A stretch of DNA of 64,000 nt from an uncultured Bacilli bacterium (GCA_934095965.1 CAKOKR010000001.1:2047-66046); one strand, 5' to 3'. Counted from the first letter of the stretch, positions 9,127-18,209 are shown. Notes: a model not told the origin generated them from the letters alone. Numbers and translations: made by a program.

Positions 9127-9264
9127 TTTACATGTAAAGAATAAATGTACAGAAAAAATAGTAACAATAATCTTTCATAATTAAAACTTTACAAAGAAAT
9201 GAAAAAAGTAATAGTTCCAAATAATCATTTGTGGTACAATATAGATAAGAAAAGAGGTAAAAAT

Positions 9265-9621
9265 ATGGAAGTAAATGATTATTTGGTGACTAAAGACAGA
9301 GAAGACCTTTTGTCATCACTAAAAAAGGTAAACAGAATAATAATAAACAAGAAACTAAGAGAATTAGATTTGGAAAATCTTCAAGAATTAAAAAAGTATA
9401 TCTTAGAACACTTAAAGGACAGTATCAAAAATATAAAGGATAGATGGTTACTTAACGTTCATTTTGAAACACTTTTGACAAATGAAAACAAAACTTTGTC
9501 ACTTGATCCAAGTGATATTGAAAACTTTATAGTATTTCTTTATGAAGAAGATGGAGAAATAAAATATTATATGCCAACTGAAGTAAAAGATATAATAAAA
9601 AGGTCAATAAAAGTAAAATAG
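9265..9621 (+). CDS. Hypothetical protein
   Basis: RBS aaAGAGGtaaaaatATG. Confidence 0.35.
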   Translation: MEVNDYLVTKDREDLLSSLKKVNRIIINKKLRELDLENLQELKKYILEHLKDSIKNIKDRWLLNVHFETLLTNENKTLSLDPSDIENFIVFLYEEDGEIKYYMPTEVKDIIKRSIKVK

Positions 9622-9684
9622 TAATAATTTCTAGTGATTTTTATTTCTTTTAGTAGTATAATAAAAAGTAGAAATGAGGTAATT

Positions 9685-9843
9685 ATGGAAGAAAAAAATA
9701 AATTAGAAACTTGCAGTTGTGAAGAATGCAGTTGTGAAGAATGCAATTGCGAAAACTGTGATTGCGAAGAATGCGATTGCGAAGACTGTAAATGTCAAAG
9801 TTGTGATTGCGAAGAATGCAACTGTGAAGATTGCGATTGTTAA
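9685..9843 (+). CDS. Cys-rich acidic repeat peptide (52 aa, 18 Cys; eight 5-aa C-x-C-E-x repeats plus a terminal CDC)
   Basis: RBS aatGAGGTaattATG. The sequence is MEEKNKLETCSCEECSCEECNCENCDCEECDCEDCKCQSCDCEECNCEDCDC. Its own hairpin plus T-run terminator follows at 9851-9880. Confidence 0.5.
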   Translation: MEEKNKLETCSCEECSCEECNCENCDCEECDCEDCKCQSCDCEECNCEDCDC

Positions 9844-9850
9844 ATATGAA

Positions 9851-9880
9851 AGTTCTGTACTAAAATACGGAACTTTTTTA
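9851..9880 (+). terminator. Rho-independent terminator after the Cys-repeat peptide gene
   Basis: AGTTCTGTActaaaaTACGGAACTttttt. Confidence 0.5.
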
Positions 9881-9891
9881 ATGGAGGTAAA

Positions 9892-10092
9892 ATGGATAGT
9901 AGAACAGGTTATAAACTTAGATTATTAAGAACTAAATATGGATTAACTCAAAAAGATTTAGCAAACCTTTTAAACAAGAGTATTTCTCAAATATCAAATT
10001 ATGAACGCGGAAGAAGAAATTTAGGCAAAAATGAAATAGAAAAAATATGTAATCATCTTAAAATAAATAGAGAATTTTTTGATAATAATTGA
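9892..10092 (+). CDS. XRE-family HTH transcriptional regulator (short, 66 aa)
   Basis: GLTQKDLANLLNKSISQISNYERGRR is a classic HTH_3/Cro-C1 signature. RBS taatGGAGGtaaaATG. Confidence 0.75.
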   Translation: MDSRTGYKLRLLRTKYGLTQKDLANLLNKSISQISNYERGRRNLGKNEIEKICNHLKINREFFDNN

Positions 10093-10114
10093 AAAAATTA
10101 ACAGAAATAAATAA

Positions 10115-10150
10115 AATCAGTCTAGAAAAATCCAGACTGATTAATTATTA
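10115..10150. terminator. Bidirectional rho-independent terminator
   Basis: AATCAGTCTagaaaaatccAGACTGATT. A T-run lies on the plus side and an A-run upstream, so it also serves as a minus-strand T-run. Confidence 0.55.
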
Positions 10151-10213
10151 TCTTTTTCTATAATCAAAGTATTCCCAGATTACATAAATAAGAAAATTTA
10201 AAAAATCTAACAT
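10148..10213 (-). CDS. 21-aa hydrophobic micro-ORF (MLDFLNFLIYVIWEYFDYRKR), possible small toxin or leader peptide
   Basis: Perfect SD AAGGAGG 5 nt upstream of the ATG on the minus strand. The ORF ends at the bidirectional terminator. Confidence 0.3.
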   Translation of the reverse strand: MLDFLNFLIYVIWEYFDYRKR

Positions 10214-10334
10214 AATGCCTCCTTAATTATAGAGACCCTGATTAAATTATTATATATGATGTATCAATTTTTGTAAAGATAGCTAGACATAATTATCAAA
10301 ATATATTATGATATTCATATGAAAGGATGATAAT

Positions 10335-11219
10335 ATGAAAAGTAAAGTATATTTCATAAAAGAAATAACAAGTGAAAGTTTAATCAAAATTTATGAAAGT
10401 TTAAATCAAGAATTAAAAGGAAGAGTTGCAATAAAAATATCAACTGGTGAACCCGGAGGACATAATTTCTTAAATCCAAATTTAATAAAAGATTTAGTTA
10501 ACAAATTAAATGGAACAATAGTTGAATGTTGCACAGCATATGCTGGAAAAAGAGAACATCCATCTGATCACTGGCAAGCAATCAAAGACCATGGTTTTTA
10601 TGACATTGCTCCTTGCGATATCATGGATGAAGAAAAAGAGATAACTATTCCAATTAATGGTGGTAAACACTTAAATGGAATAAATTATGTTGGAAGTCAT
10701 ATTAAAAATTATGATTCCATGCTTATGTTGTCACATTTTAAAGGACATGTAATGGGTGGCTTTGGTGGAGCTTTAAAAAATATGTCAATCGGAGTATCAT
10801 CAAGAAATGGAAAAGCTTGGATTCACTCAGCTGGAAAAACAACGGTTCCCGAAGAATGTTGGAAACTTGAAACAAAACAAGATGATTTTCTTGAAAGTAT
10901 GGCAGAAGCAGATAAATCAGTAGTAGATTATTTCAAACCAGAAAATATGTTATATATTAATGTTGCAAATAATATTTCAATTGATTGTGATTGTGATTCA
11001 AATCCGAAAGAACCAGAAATTGCAGATATAGGTATATTTGCATCAATAGATCCAGTTGCACTAGATAAATGTTGTTATGATACAATAATGAGTCTAATAG
11101 AAGTTGGAGCAAATTCGCTAAAAGAAAGAATGCTTGATAGACATGCAATTCACACAGTTGAAGAAGCAGAAAAGTTAGGATTAGGAACAACTGACTATGA
11201 ATTAATAAATATTGATTAG
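10335..11219 (+). CDS. DUF362 domain protein
   Basis: MKSKVYF...AIKISTGEPGG...ECCTAYAG... matches the family pattern. RBS GAAAGGATGataatATG. Confidence 0.6.
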   Translation: MKSKVYFIKEITSESLIKIYESLNQELKGRVAIKISTGEPGGHNFLNPNLIKDLVNKLNGTIVECCTAYAGKREHPSDHWQAIKDHGFYDIAPCDIMDEEKEITIPINGGKHLNGINYVGSHIKNYDSMLMLSHFKGHVMGGFGGALKNMSIGVSSRNGKAWIHSAGKTTVPEECWKLETKQDDFLESMAEADKSVVDYFKPENMLYINVANNISIDCDCDSNPKEPEIADIGIFASIDPVALDKCCYDTIMSLIEVGANSLKERMLDRHAIHTVEEAEKLGLGTTDYELINID

Positions 11220-11229
11220 GAGGCACAAC

Positions 11230-11715
11230 ATGGAAAAACTTGAAGAAATAGTAAAAATATTAAAAGAAAAAAATAAATATGTTTCAACAATGGAATCTTG
11301 TACTGGAGGTGGACTTGTTAATGCAATAACAAACATCCCCGGAGCAAGTGAAATTTTAAAATTTAGTGCAGTAACTTATTCAAATGAATTTAAAATTAAA
11401 ATGGGAGTACCAAAAGAAACCATTGATACTTATTCTGTATATAGTATGGAAACTGCAATCGATATGTCAAAGAAAATATCTGAATTTACGAATTCAAATT
11501 ATGGTATTGGTATAACAGGCAAATTAAATAGAGCAGATATTAATAATTTATCTGGTGATGATAATATGGTATATTTTAGTATTTATAATATGGATACAAA
11601 TACCAATTATAATGACTATTTAAGAGTTTCAAAATCATCAAGAAAAGAAAATAAAGACGAAGTAATAACAAAAATTGTTAATAACTTTTATGAAATATTA
11701 AAAAAAGAAGATTAA
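11230..11715 (+). CDS. CinA C-terminal-domain (PncC-like nicotinamide-nucleotide amidase family) protein
   Basis: ESCTGGGLVNAITNIPGAS...VTYSN signature. RBS ttAGGAGGcacaacATG. Confidence 0.7.
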   Translation: MEKLEEIVKILKEKNKYVSTMESCTGGGLVNAITNIPGASEILKFSAVTYSNEFKIKMGVPKETIDTYSVYSMETAIDMSKKISEFTNSNYGIGITGKLNRADINNLSGDDNMVYFSIYNMDTNTNYNDYLRVSKSSRKENKDEVITKIVNNFYEILKKED

Positions 11716-12653
11716 AGTAAATCTCCTTGATAGATATTTCTTTTTGCCATTTCTTGGTCAATTCCATTTAAAACCATAAACTTTTTTATGAGCCATTCTG
11801 GTGCCACAAGTTCATTTAGTTCTGGGTCTCCGGTAATTCTCATAACAACGACATCAGGATTAAGCAATCTTAATTGATCGCATACAATATCAATGTACTC
11901 CTCTCTAGTTAGAATATGAAATTTGTTATTTTCATAATAACTAGCTAACGGAGTATTTTTTGCTATATAAAGCATATGAATTTTAATTCCATCTATTTTT
12001 AAATCATTAACAAATTTTATTGTATTTATCATATCTTCTTTTGTTTCATATGGAAGTCCATTAATAATGTGAGCAACTACGAATATATTTCTTTCATGTA
12101 GTTTTTCAACAGCTTCTTTAAATATTTCTTTATCATGACCTCGATTTATAAATTTTAATGTATGATTGTTACTACTTTGAAGTCCAAGCTCTACAATTAG
12201 AAAAGTTTTTTTGTTTAATTCATCTAAATAATCCAGCCATTCATCACTTAAACAATCAGGTCTAGTAGCAATATCAATTCCAATAACTTTAGGTAAAAGA
12301 AGTAATTTATCTATATACATTTTAACTAAATTTTTATCATTATAAGTATTCGTACCAGATTGAAAATAAGGAATGTATAAACTATCTGGCCATTTTTGTT
12401 CCATAATTTTTCGTCCCTTTTCAAATTGTTCTAAAATATCTAAGGTATTATCACTGATACCAGCAATAGACTTATTTGAACAATATATGCATCCACCATT
12501 ATATTGATTAGGACATGTACTATTTATATCTAAAGGAACTTTAAAAACTTTTTGACCAAATTTCTTTTTAAAAAAGTAATTTAAAGTATGATATCTTTTA
12601 TTGTCTAAAGTGTTTTTAAACATAGTTTTCACCTCGTATATATATTTTAGCAC
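11712..12653 (-). CDS. TIGR01212-family radical SAM protein
   Basis: CPNQYNGGCIYCSN Cys motif. The length and the remaining sequence match the YhcC/TIGR01212 family. Confidence 0.7.
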   Translation of the reverse strand: MLKYIYEVKTMFKNTLDNKRYHTLNYFFKKKFGQKVFKVPLDINSTCPNQYNGGCIYCSNKSIAGISDNTLDILEQFEKGRKIMEQKWPDSLYIPYFQSGTNTYNDKNLVKMYIDKLLLLPKVIGIDIATRPDCLSDEWLDYLDELNKKTFLIVELGLQSSNNHTLKFINRGHDKEIFKEAVEKLHERNIFVVAHIINGLPYETKEDMINTIKFVNDLKIDGIKIHMLYIAKNTPLASYYENNKFHILTREEYIDIVCDQLRLLNPDVVVMRITGDPELNELVAPEWLIKKFMVLNGIDQEMAKRNIYQGDLL

Positions 12654-12689
12654 GTAAAATTATAAAATAAAAGTTGTTATTTTACAAAA

Positions 12690-12702
12690 AAGTTGCTATA
12701 AT
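12690..12702 (+). promoter_or_regulatory. -10 element (TATAAT) of the tRNA promoter
   Basis: agTTGCTATAATtatattgtt lies immediately upstream of the tRNA 5' end. Confidence 0.4.
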
Positions 12703-12711
12703 TATATTGTT

Positions 12712-12787
12712 GCTGAAATAGCTCAGTTGGTAGAGCAATGCCCTCGTAACGCATAGGTCGTAAGTTCAAGCCTTACTTTCAGCACCA
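12712..12787 (+). tRNA. tRNA-Thr (anticodon CGU), CCA encoded
   Basis: Cloverleaf: acceptor GCTGAAA/TTTCAGC, D-arm GCTCAGTTGGTAGAGC, anticodon loop CTCGTAA, T-arm GTAAGTTCAAGCCTTAC, and a 3' ACCA. A hairpin plus T-run follows. Confidence 0.8.
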
Positions 12788-12874
12788 TTAAGAAATCTAA
12801 TCTCACAACGTGGGATTTTTTTTGTTGAAAAATATGTCGACAAATGTTAAAATTAAAACAAGGAAGTGAAGTTA

Positions 12875-14026
12875 ATGAATAAGAAAAAAATAATTATATT
12901 AATGTTAGGAATATTTTTTGCATTTCCAAGTGTTGCTCTAGCACACCCAGGAAGATTAGATTCAAATGGTGGACATTATTGTCACAAAAATTGTGAAAAA
13001 TGGGGACTAGATTATGAAGAATACCATTATCATAGTGGAAATACTTACAGAAATAGAAAAGGGCAAGTATATAATAATGATGGAACATTAATTAAAGATG
13101 TAGAAACTCCATCAACCAACAATAATAATACCAATAATAATAATGTTAACAACAATTATCAACCATTGGTAAAAAGTAGTGATAATACATTAAAAAGTGT
13201 AACAATCGATGGAACAAGCATAAGTGTTTCACCAAATATGACATATGAAACCAGTAATCATAATCCAATTATTTTAGCAAATGCTAACCATTATAAAGCT
13301 AAAGTATCAATTAATAGACCAAGTAGTTACAAATTATCAGATGTAAATGAAGTAACAATAATTGTAACCGCAGAAAATGGAAGCACGAAAGAATATAAAT
13401 TATTAATAAAAATATTAGATAGTGATACGTCATTAAAAGAAGTATTAATAGATAATGAAAAAATAGATGTATTAGATATAATGGATTTTAAAACCACAAA
13501 AGAAAATATAAAAGTTACAGCAGTTCCAACAAGTGAAAAAGCAAAAGTGGAAATAACAAACTCAGATAAATTAAAGATTGGTTTAAATGAAATAATTATT
13601 AAAGTTACTGCAGAAGATAAATATATAACTAAAGAGTATAAAATAAATGTTGAAAGAAGTAAGATGTTAAGTAATAATACGAATCTAACAATGCACGTTA
13701 ATGATGAGTTAGTAACATTTAATAATTTCAAAAGTGATACAGTATATATAAATAGTAATGTTGATAAAATTAAAATAACATATAATCTTGAAGATGAAGC
13801 ATCATCGATAGATTTAAAATATGATGAAAATATTAAAGTGGGAAATAATACTATAAAATTTGTTGTAACCGCAGAAAATGGAGAAAAACAAGAATACACT
13901 TTGATAGTTCATCGCTACAGTAAAATAGAAGATACAGTTTATACAATTCTAGGACTTGGTGTACTTGGTGGAATAACTTTTGGTATAGTTAAAGGTGTAA
14001 AATTTACTAAAAAGAAAATGTTTTAA
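12875..14026 (+). CDS. Secreted YHYH-domain protein with repeated Ig/cadherin-like beta-sandwich segments and a C-terminal TM anchor
   Basis: Signal peptide KKKIIILMLGIFFAFPSVALA. YHYH motif HYCHKNCEKWGLDYEEYHYHSG. Repeated ...EYKLLIKI.../...EYTLIVHR... units. A C-terminal hydrophobic stretch plus KFTKKK. Confidence 0.6.
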   Translation: MNKKKIIILMLGIFFAFPSVALAHPGRLDSNGGHYCHKNCEKWGLDYEEYHYHSGNTYRNRKGQVYNNDGTLIKDVETPSTNNNNTNNNNVNNNYQPLVKSSDNTLKSVTIDGTSISVSPNMTYETSNHNPIILANANHYKAKVSINRPSSYKLSDVNEVTIIVTAENGSTKEYKLLIKILDSDTSLKEVLIDNEKIDVLDIMDFKTTKENIKVTAVPTSEKAKVEITNSDKLKIGLNEIIIKVTAEDKYITKEYKINVERSKMLSNNTNLTMHVNDELVTFNNFKSDTVYINSNVDKIKITYNLEDEASSIDLKYDENIKVGNNTIKFVVTAENGEKQEYTLIVHRYSKIEDTVYTILGLGVLGGITFGIVKGVKFTKKKMF

Positions 14027-14091
14027 TTTAATATATACAAAAGATTATACCTTATGATATAATAAATATTATCAATGAAGGAGGAATACAT

Positions 14092-14757
14092 ATGCGTGTA
14101 TATGGAATGAATGTTTTAAAAGAATTAGACAAGAAAAAAATAAAAAAAGTATTTACATCAAGAAAAGAAGTATGTAAATATTGTAGTGAAAATAAAATTA
14201 AATATGAACTTGTTGATAATCATTTATTAAATAAAATGTGCGAATATAATCATCAAGGAGTGGTAATTGATGCATTTGATTATGACTATTATACCCTAAA
14301 AGACCTTGAAGGTGACTTAGTATTAATTCTTGATCATCTAGAAGACCCACACAACTTCGGAGCAATAATAAGAACATGTGCATCTGTAGGAATAAAATCA
14401 ATAATAATTCCCAAAGACCGTAGTGTTGGTGTAACAGATGTTGTTGTTAAAACCAGTGTTGGAACAATAAACTATGTCAAAATAATAATGGTTAATAATC
14501 TTGTAGCAACAATAAAAGCATTACAAAAGGATGGCTTCTTTGTATATGCTGCATCAATGGAAGGAACAGACTTTAGAAAAATAGACTATAGCGATAAAGT
14601 TGCCCTTGTAATAGGTAATGAAGGTTCCGGAGTAAGTAGATTAGTAAAAGAAAGTAGTGATTGTTTAATAAGTATTCCTATGAATAAAAATGTAGAAAGT
14701 TTAAATGCATCAGTAGCAGCAAGCATATTAATATACCATCTAGGTATGCATGAATAA
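14092..14757 (+). CDS. rlmB: 23S rRNA (guanosine-2'-O)-methyltransferase, SpoU/TrmH family (RlmB-like)
   Basis: SpoU motifs LVLILDHLEDPHNFGAIIRT, LVIGNEGSGVS and IPMNKNVESLNASVAASI. The conserved rlmB-sigH-secE-nusG context supports the call. Confidence 0.8.
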   Translation: MRVYGMNVLKELDKKKIKKVFTSRKEVCKYCSENKIKYELVDNHLLNKMCEYNHQGVVIDAFDYDYYTLKDLEGDLVLILDHLEDPHNFGAIIRTCASVGIKSIIIPKDRSVGVTDVVVKTSVGTINYVKIIMVNNLVATIKALQKDGFFVYAASMEGTDFRKIDYSDKVALVIGNEGSGVSRLVKESSDCLISIPMNKNVESLNASVAASILIYHLGMHE

Positions 14758-15361
14758 CATAAGTGATCAAGAACTTATAATGCTTCTGCGAGAACAAAAT
14801 GAAGATGCTGAAAAAATTCTATATGAAAGATACTTTAAAATAATCAAAAAAATAATAAGTCTATACAAATATACACTAAGAGAATTAAATATTGATAAAA
14901 GCGACTTATTCACTAGCTGTATAGATACATTTTATTATGCATTAAATAATTATTCAAATCTTAGTGACGCATCATTTAATACTTATGTAAGTCTATTAGT
15001 AAAACGCAAGATTAAAAAAACTATTATTAAAAAATTGAATAAAAGTCACTATATAACATGTATATCATTAAATACTTATGAAGATAGAAATCATGAAATA
15101 AAAGATATAAAAATAAAAGATAATTTAGAAAAAATTTGTAATGAAGAAGAAGTTCAAGAAATTAACAAAATAATTTTAGATAAATTAAATAAAAAAGAAT
15201 TAACTTCATTAGTATTATTTCTTCAAGGCTACTCTTACAATGAAATGTCAAAGATGTTGCAAAAAAGTTACAATCAAGTATATTATGAAATAGCCACATT
15301 AAAGAAAAAAATAGTGGGTGAAATTAAGAAAAATAGTACTAAATCGCTTGCTTTTTCTTAA
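14750..15361 (+). CDS. sigH: Sigma-70 family sigma factor, SigH-like
   Basis: Region 2 and region 4 HTH (LTSLVLFLQGYSYNEMSKMLQKS). Its position between rlmB and secE supports the call. Confidence 0.65.
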   Translation: MNNISDQELIMLLREQNEDAEKILYERYFKIIKKIISLYKYTLRELNIDKSDLFTSCIDTFYYALNNYSNLSDASFNTYVSLLVKRKIKKTIIKKLNKSHYITCISLNTYEDRNHEIKDIKIKDNLEKICNEEEVQEINKIILDKLNKKELTSLVLFLQGYSYNEMSKMLQKSYNQVYYEIATLKKKIVGEIKKNSTKSLAFS

Positions 15362-15418
15362 TGATTGTGCTATATTATAAATGAACACGAAAGTGTTTTT
15401 TTAAATGGAGGTTTATTT

Positions 15419-15682
15419 ATGGCAAAAAAAGAAGAAACTAAAAAGGATTTAGTAAAAAGTAAAGAAGAAAAAATGCCTAAAAAGAAAAATGTCAAAAAAG
15501 AAAAGAAAGGACCAAAAGAAAGCTATTTAAAAAAAGTAAGAAAAGAAATGAAATTAGTTAAATGGCCTGAAGGAAAAGAAGTATTAAAATATACTATATC
15601 AACAATTGTATTTTGTTTAGTATTATGTGCTTTATTCATGCTATTAAATCTAATGTTATCAGCAGTTAAGGGGTGGATATAA
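15419..15682 (+). CDS. secE: Preprotein translocase subunit SecE
   Basis: Lys-rich N-terminus plus a single C-terminal TM (VKWPEGKEVLKYTISTIVFCLVLCALFM). RBS aaatGGAGGtttatttATG. The longer ORF from 15365 lacks an RBS. Confidence 0.8.
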   Translation: MAKKEETKKDLVKSKEEKMPKKKNVKKEKKGPKESYLKKVRKEMKLVKWPEGKEVLKYTISTIVFCLVLCALFMLLNLMLSAVKGWI

Positions 15683-16221
15683 TGGAAGAAAAACAATGGT
15701 ATGTAGTTAATACTTATTCAGGACATGAAAATAAAGTTAAAGAAAAACTAGAAGCAAGAACAGAATCTATGGGAATGCAAGATTACATTTTCCGTGTAAT
15801 TGTACCTGAAACAACAGAAGTTGAAGTTAAAGATGGTGTAAAAAAAGAAAAAGTTAAAAAAATGTTTCCAGGTTATGTTTTAGTTGAAATGATTATGACT
15901 GATGAAGCTTGGTATATTGTTAGAAATACACCGGGGGTTACAGGATTTATCGGTTCAAGTGGAAAAGGAGCAAAGCCAACTCCATTATTACCACAAGAAA
16001 TTGATAGAATTTTAGCTAATATGGGAATGAGTAGAGTAGATGCATCAACTGAATTACAAGTTGGTGACACAGTTAATATTATTGATGGACCATTCAGCGG
16101 TATGACTGGTAAAGTTGATAACATTGATACTGAAAATAACAGATTAAATATTATAATTGATTTATTTGGACAAGAAACAAACGTTGATGTTGAAGTATAT
16201 CAAGTTAGCAAAACATATTAA
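15682..16221 (+). CDS. nusG: Transcription termination/antitermination factor NusG
   Basis: NGN domain WYVVNTYSGHENKV and KOW motif GDTVNIIDGPFSGMTGKV. The ATG overlaps the secE stop (TAATG). Confidence 0.9.
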   Translation: MEEKQWYVVNTYSGHENKVKEKLEARTESMGMQDYIFRVIVPETTEVEVKDGVKKEKVKKMFPGYVLVEMIMTDEAWYIVRNTPGVTGFIGSSGKGAKPTPLLPQEIDRILANMGMSRVDASTELQVGDTVNIIDGPFSGMTGKVDNIDTENNRLNIIIDLFGQETNVDVEVYQVSKTY

Positions 16222-16252
16222 AACTGAAGAATTAAAAACTTCAGTTTTTTAA
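16222..16252. terminator. Bidirectional rho-independent terminator
   Basis: AACTGAAGaattaaaaaCTTCAGTTtttt, between convergent genes. Confidence 0.6.
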
Positions 16253-17269
16253 ATATTTAAATATTTGTAAATTGTTTTTTATTCTTTCATTATGTTTATC
16301 TATTTTCAAGGCTTTTTTAGCATAATTATAAGCCTTATCAAAATTACCTAAATTATAATATGCCATAGATAATAAATCATACAAAACTTCATCATTACTA
16401 AATACCTCATTCATATAACTTTTGGGAACATCTTTGATTTTCAAAGCTTTATTAACATATTTGCAAACACTTTCATATCTTTTTTCTTGATAATATAATA
16501 AAGCAAGTTCAACCCATGGATCTCTTAAGTAATAAGCTTCCATACAAGCTTTTCTTAACCACATTTCAGCCTCATCAAATCTATTTAAATTTTTATAACA
16601 TCTACCTATAAATCTCATTGATGCACATCTTTCATCCTTCCAAGTAGCATTTTCCATTTTTAAATGTTTAATCAGTGTATCTATTGCATCATTCCATCTT
16701 TCATAATACATGTATTCTCTGCCTAAATAATGCATATTTCTATCATTATCAGGATCTTCCTTTACTGATAACTCAAGTAATGGCAAATAACTTCCCCGAG
16801 ATTTATTTTGATCTGGATAATGATTAATAACAACATCATCTGTATATGTTTGATGTACATCAGTCTTACATTTTAATACTTCATGAACTGGATTAACCCA
16901 TTTAAATAATTTATTTTTATGTATTTTATCACCATAGTAACTTATTTTTGGAACACCACTTTCAATATACCAATTATAAACATACCTAAGCTGCGTAGTA
17001 TCATCACCCCATGAATTAAGTAATTTTTCTTTCCAACCCGATTCCATAACTTCATCTAAATCAAGACATATACATATATCAGCATCATCTGGTATTAATT
17101 TCATGGATTCATTTCTTGCAACATCAAACCTCCATGGTATAATTTTTTTAACTTCTACATTTATCTTATGCTTTTTTAGTAATTTTACGGTGTTATCAGT
17201 TGAACCAGTATCCAAAACACAAATATAGTCGGCATCTTTAATTGAATCATACCATCTATCAACAAACAT
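16241..17269 (-). CDS. Glycosyltransferase family 2 with C-terminal TPR repeats. The annotated ATG start is probably internal (see findings).
   Basis: YICVLDTGSTDNT GT2 motif, plus multiple TPR-like Y/A/L repeats. The conserved KVCVYAICKNEE beta-1 segment lies upstream of the ATG, in frame, with no canonical start codon. Confidence 0.65.
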   Translation of the reverse strand: MFVDRWYDSIKDADYICVLDTGSTDNTVKLLKKHKINVEVKKIIPWRFDVARNESMKLIPDDADICICLDLDEVMESGWKEKLLNSWGDDTTQLRYVYNWYIESGVPKISYYGDKIHKNKLFKWVNPVHEVLKCKTDVHQTYTDDVVINHYPDQNKSRGSYLPLLELSVKEDPDNDRNMHYLGREYMYYERWNDAIDTLIKHLKMENATWKDERCASMRFIGRCYKNLNRFDEAEMWLRKACMEAYYLRDPWVELALLYYQEKRYESVCKYVNKALKIKDVPKSYMNEVFSNDEVLYDLLSMAYYNLGNFDKAYNYAKKALKIDKHNERIKNNLQIFKYLKN

Positions 17270-17417
17270 TTCTTCATTCTTACATATTGCATAAACACAA
17301 ACTTTTTTAATAATATCACTCCTTTAGTTATAATATGCTGTAAATTTAAACATAATTAATAGTAATACCCATTGTTATAAAGCTTATTTTATAATATAAT
17401 TTATATGGAGCGAAAAA

Positions 17418-18161
17418 ATGAAAGAGAATATAGTTTATTTAAAATATAAAAAATATGCTAAAGAATATAAATTAAATAGTTATGATACAAGAAAACTATG
17501 GAAAATTATTGAAAGCATTGCAACTCATGAAGAATTTGAAAAAAGGTGTAATGATCCTTATTTTCATCATGACATAAAAACTCTCGGAGATCATATTTTA
17601 TGTGATGCTATAGTGACATATAAATTAGCAAACAGATTAAGAAAAGATAAAAAGGACTTAAAACCAATAAACATTGATCTAGCAGTAATCATTGCAATGT
17701 TTCATGATTTATATGAACTTCCTTGGCAAAATATTGAAGTTAAAAAAATACTTAGAAATAAACATGGTTTTGTTCATCCTATTGAAGCAGCTGTTAATGC
17801 CATAACATGGTTTCCAGAATATTTTAAAACAAAAGAAAGAGCAGTAATTATTATAGATGGAATAATACATCATATGTTTCCACTAGCAGTAAGAAGAATT
17901 GATAATAGTCCACTCGAACTTAATAATCAAGAAAAATATGATAAATTACCTGATAAATATAAAGAAATGATTAAAATTTCAACAAACATTGGAGCATATG
18001 GACACTATTCTTTAAGAAAATCATTTTTTATCGAAGGAAGAATTATGTCTCGTGCAGATAAAATCGTAGCATTTAAAAAAGATATTGGTTCTTTCCATGG
18101 ATATTTAGCCCTTTTAAGTGGTAAAAATAAAAATGTGAAAAAAAAGGTTGACAAACACTAA
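17418..18161 (+). CDS. HD-domain phosphohydrolase family protein
   Basis: FHHDIKTLGDH ... IAMFHDLYE give an H...HD...D pattern. Confidence 0.5.
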   Translation: MKENIVYLKYKKYAKEYKLNSYDTRKLWKIIESIATHEEFEKRCNDPYFHHDIKTLGDHILCDAIVTYKLANRLRKDKKDLKPINIDLAVIIAMFHDLYELPWQNIEVKKILRNKHGFVHPIEAAVNAITWFPEYFKTKERAVIIIDGIIHHMFPLAVRRIDNSPLELNNQEKYDKLPDKYKEMIKISTNIGAYGHYSLRKSFFIEGRIMSRADKIVAFKKDIGSFHGYLALLSGKNKNVKKKVDKH

Positions 18162-18209
18162 ATTGTGTGTTAAGATACTTCTCGCAATTGGAAAAATTAG
18201 ACATATCTA

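Noticed and set aside
9719-9928. 69-aa ORF (MKNAVVKNAIAKTVIAKN...) in the +1 frame across the Cys-peptide repeats
   Set aside because: It is an alternate-frame artefact of the 15-nt repeat. It has no RBS and overlaps the better-supported Cys-peptide and XRE genes.
13327-13899. 190-aa minus-strand ORF inside the YHYH surface-protein gene. Similar antisense ORFs lie at 5420-5821, 25110-25487, 30725-31093 and 33881-34213.
   Set aside because: These are antisense ORFs typical of AT-rich DNA. They sit entirely inside well-supported genes and have no RBS.
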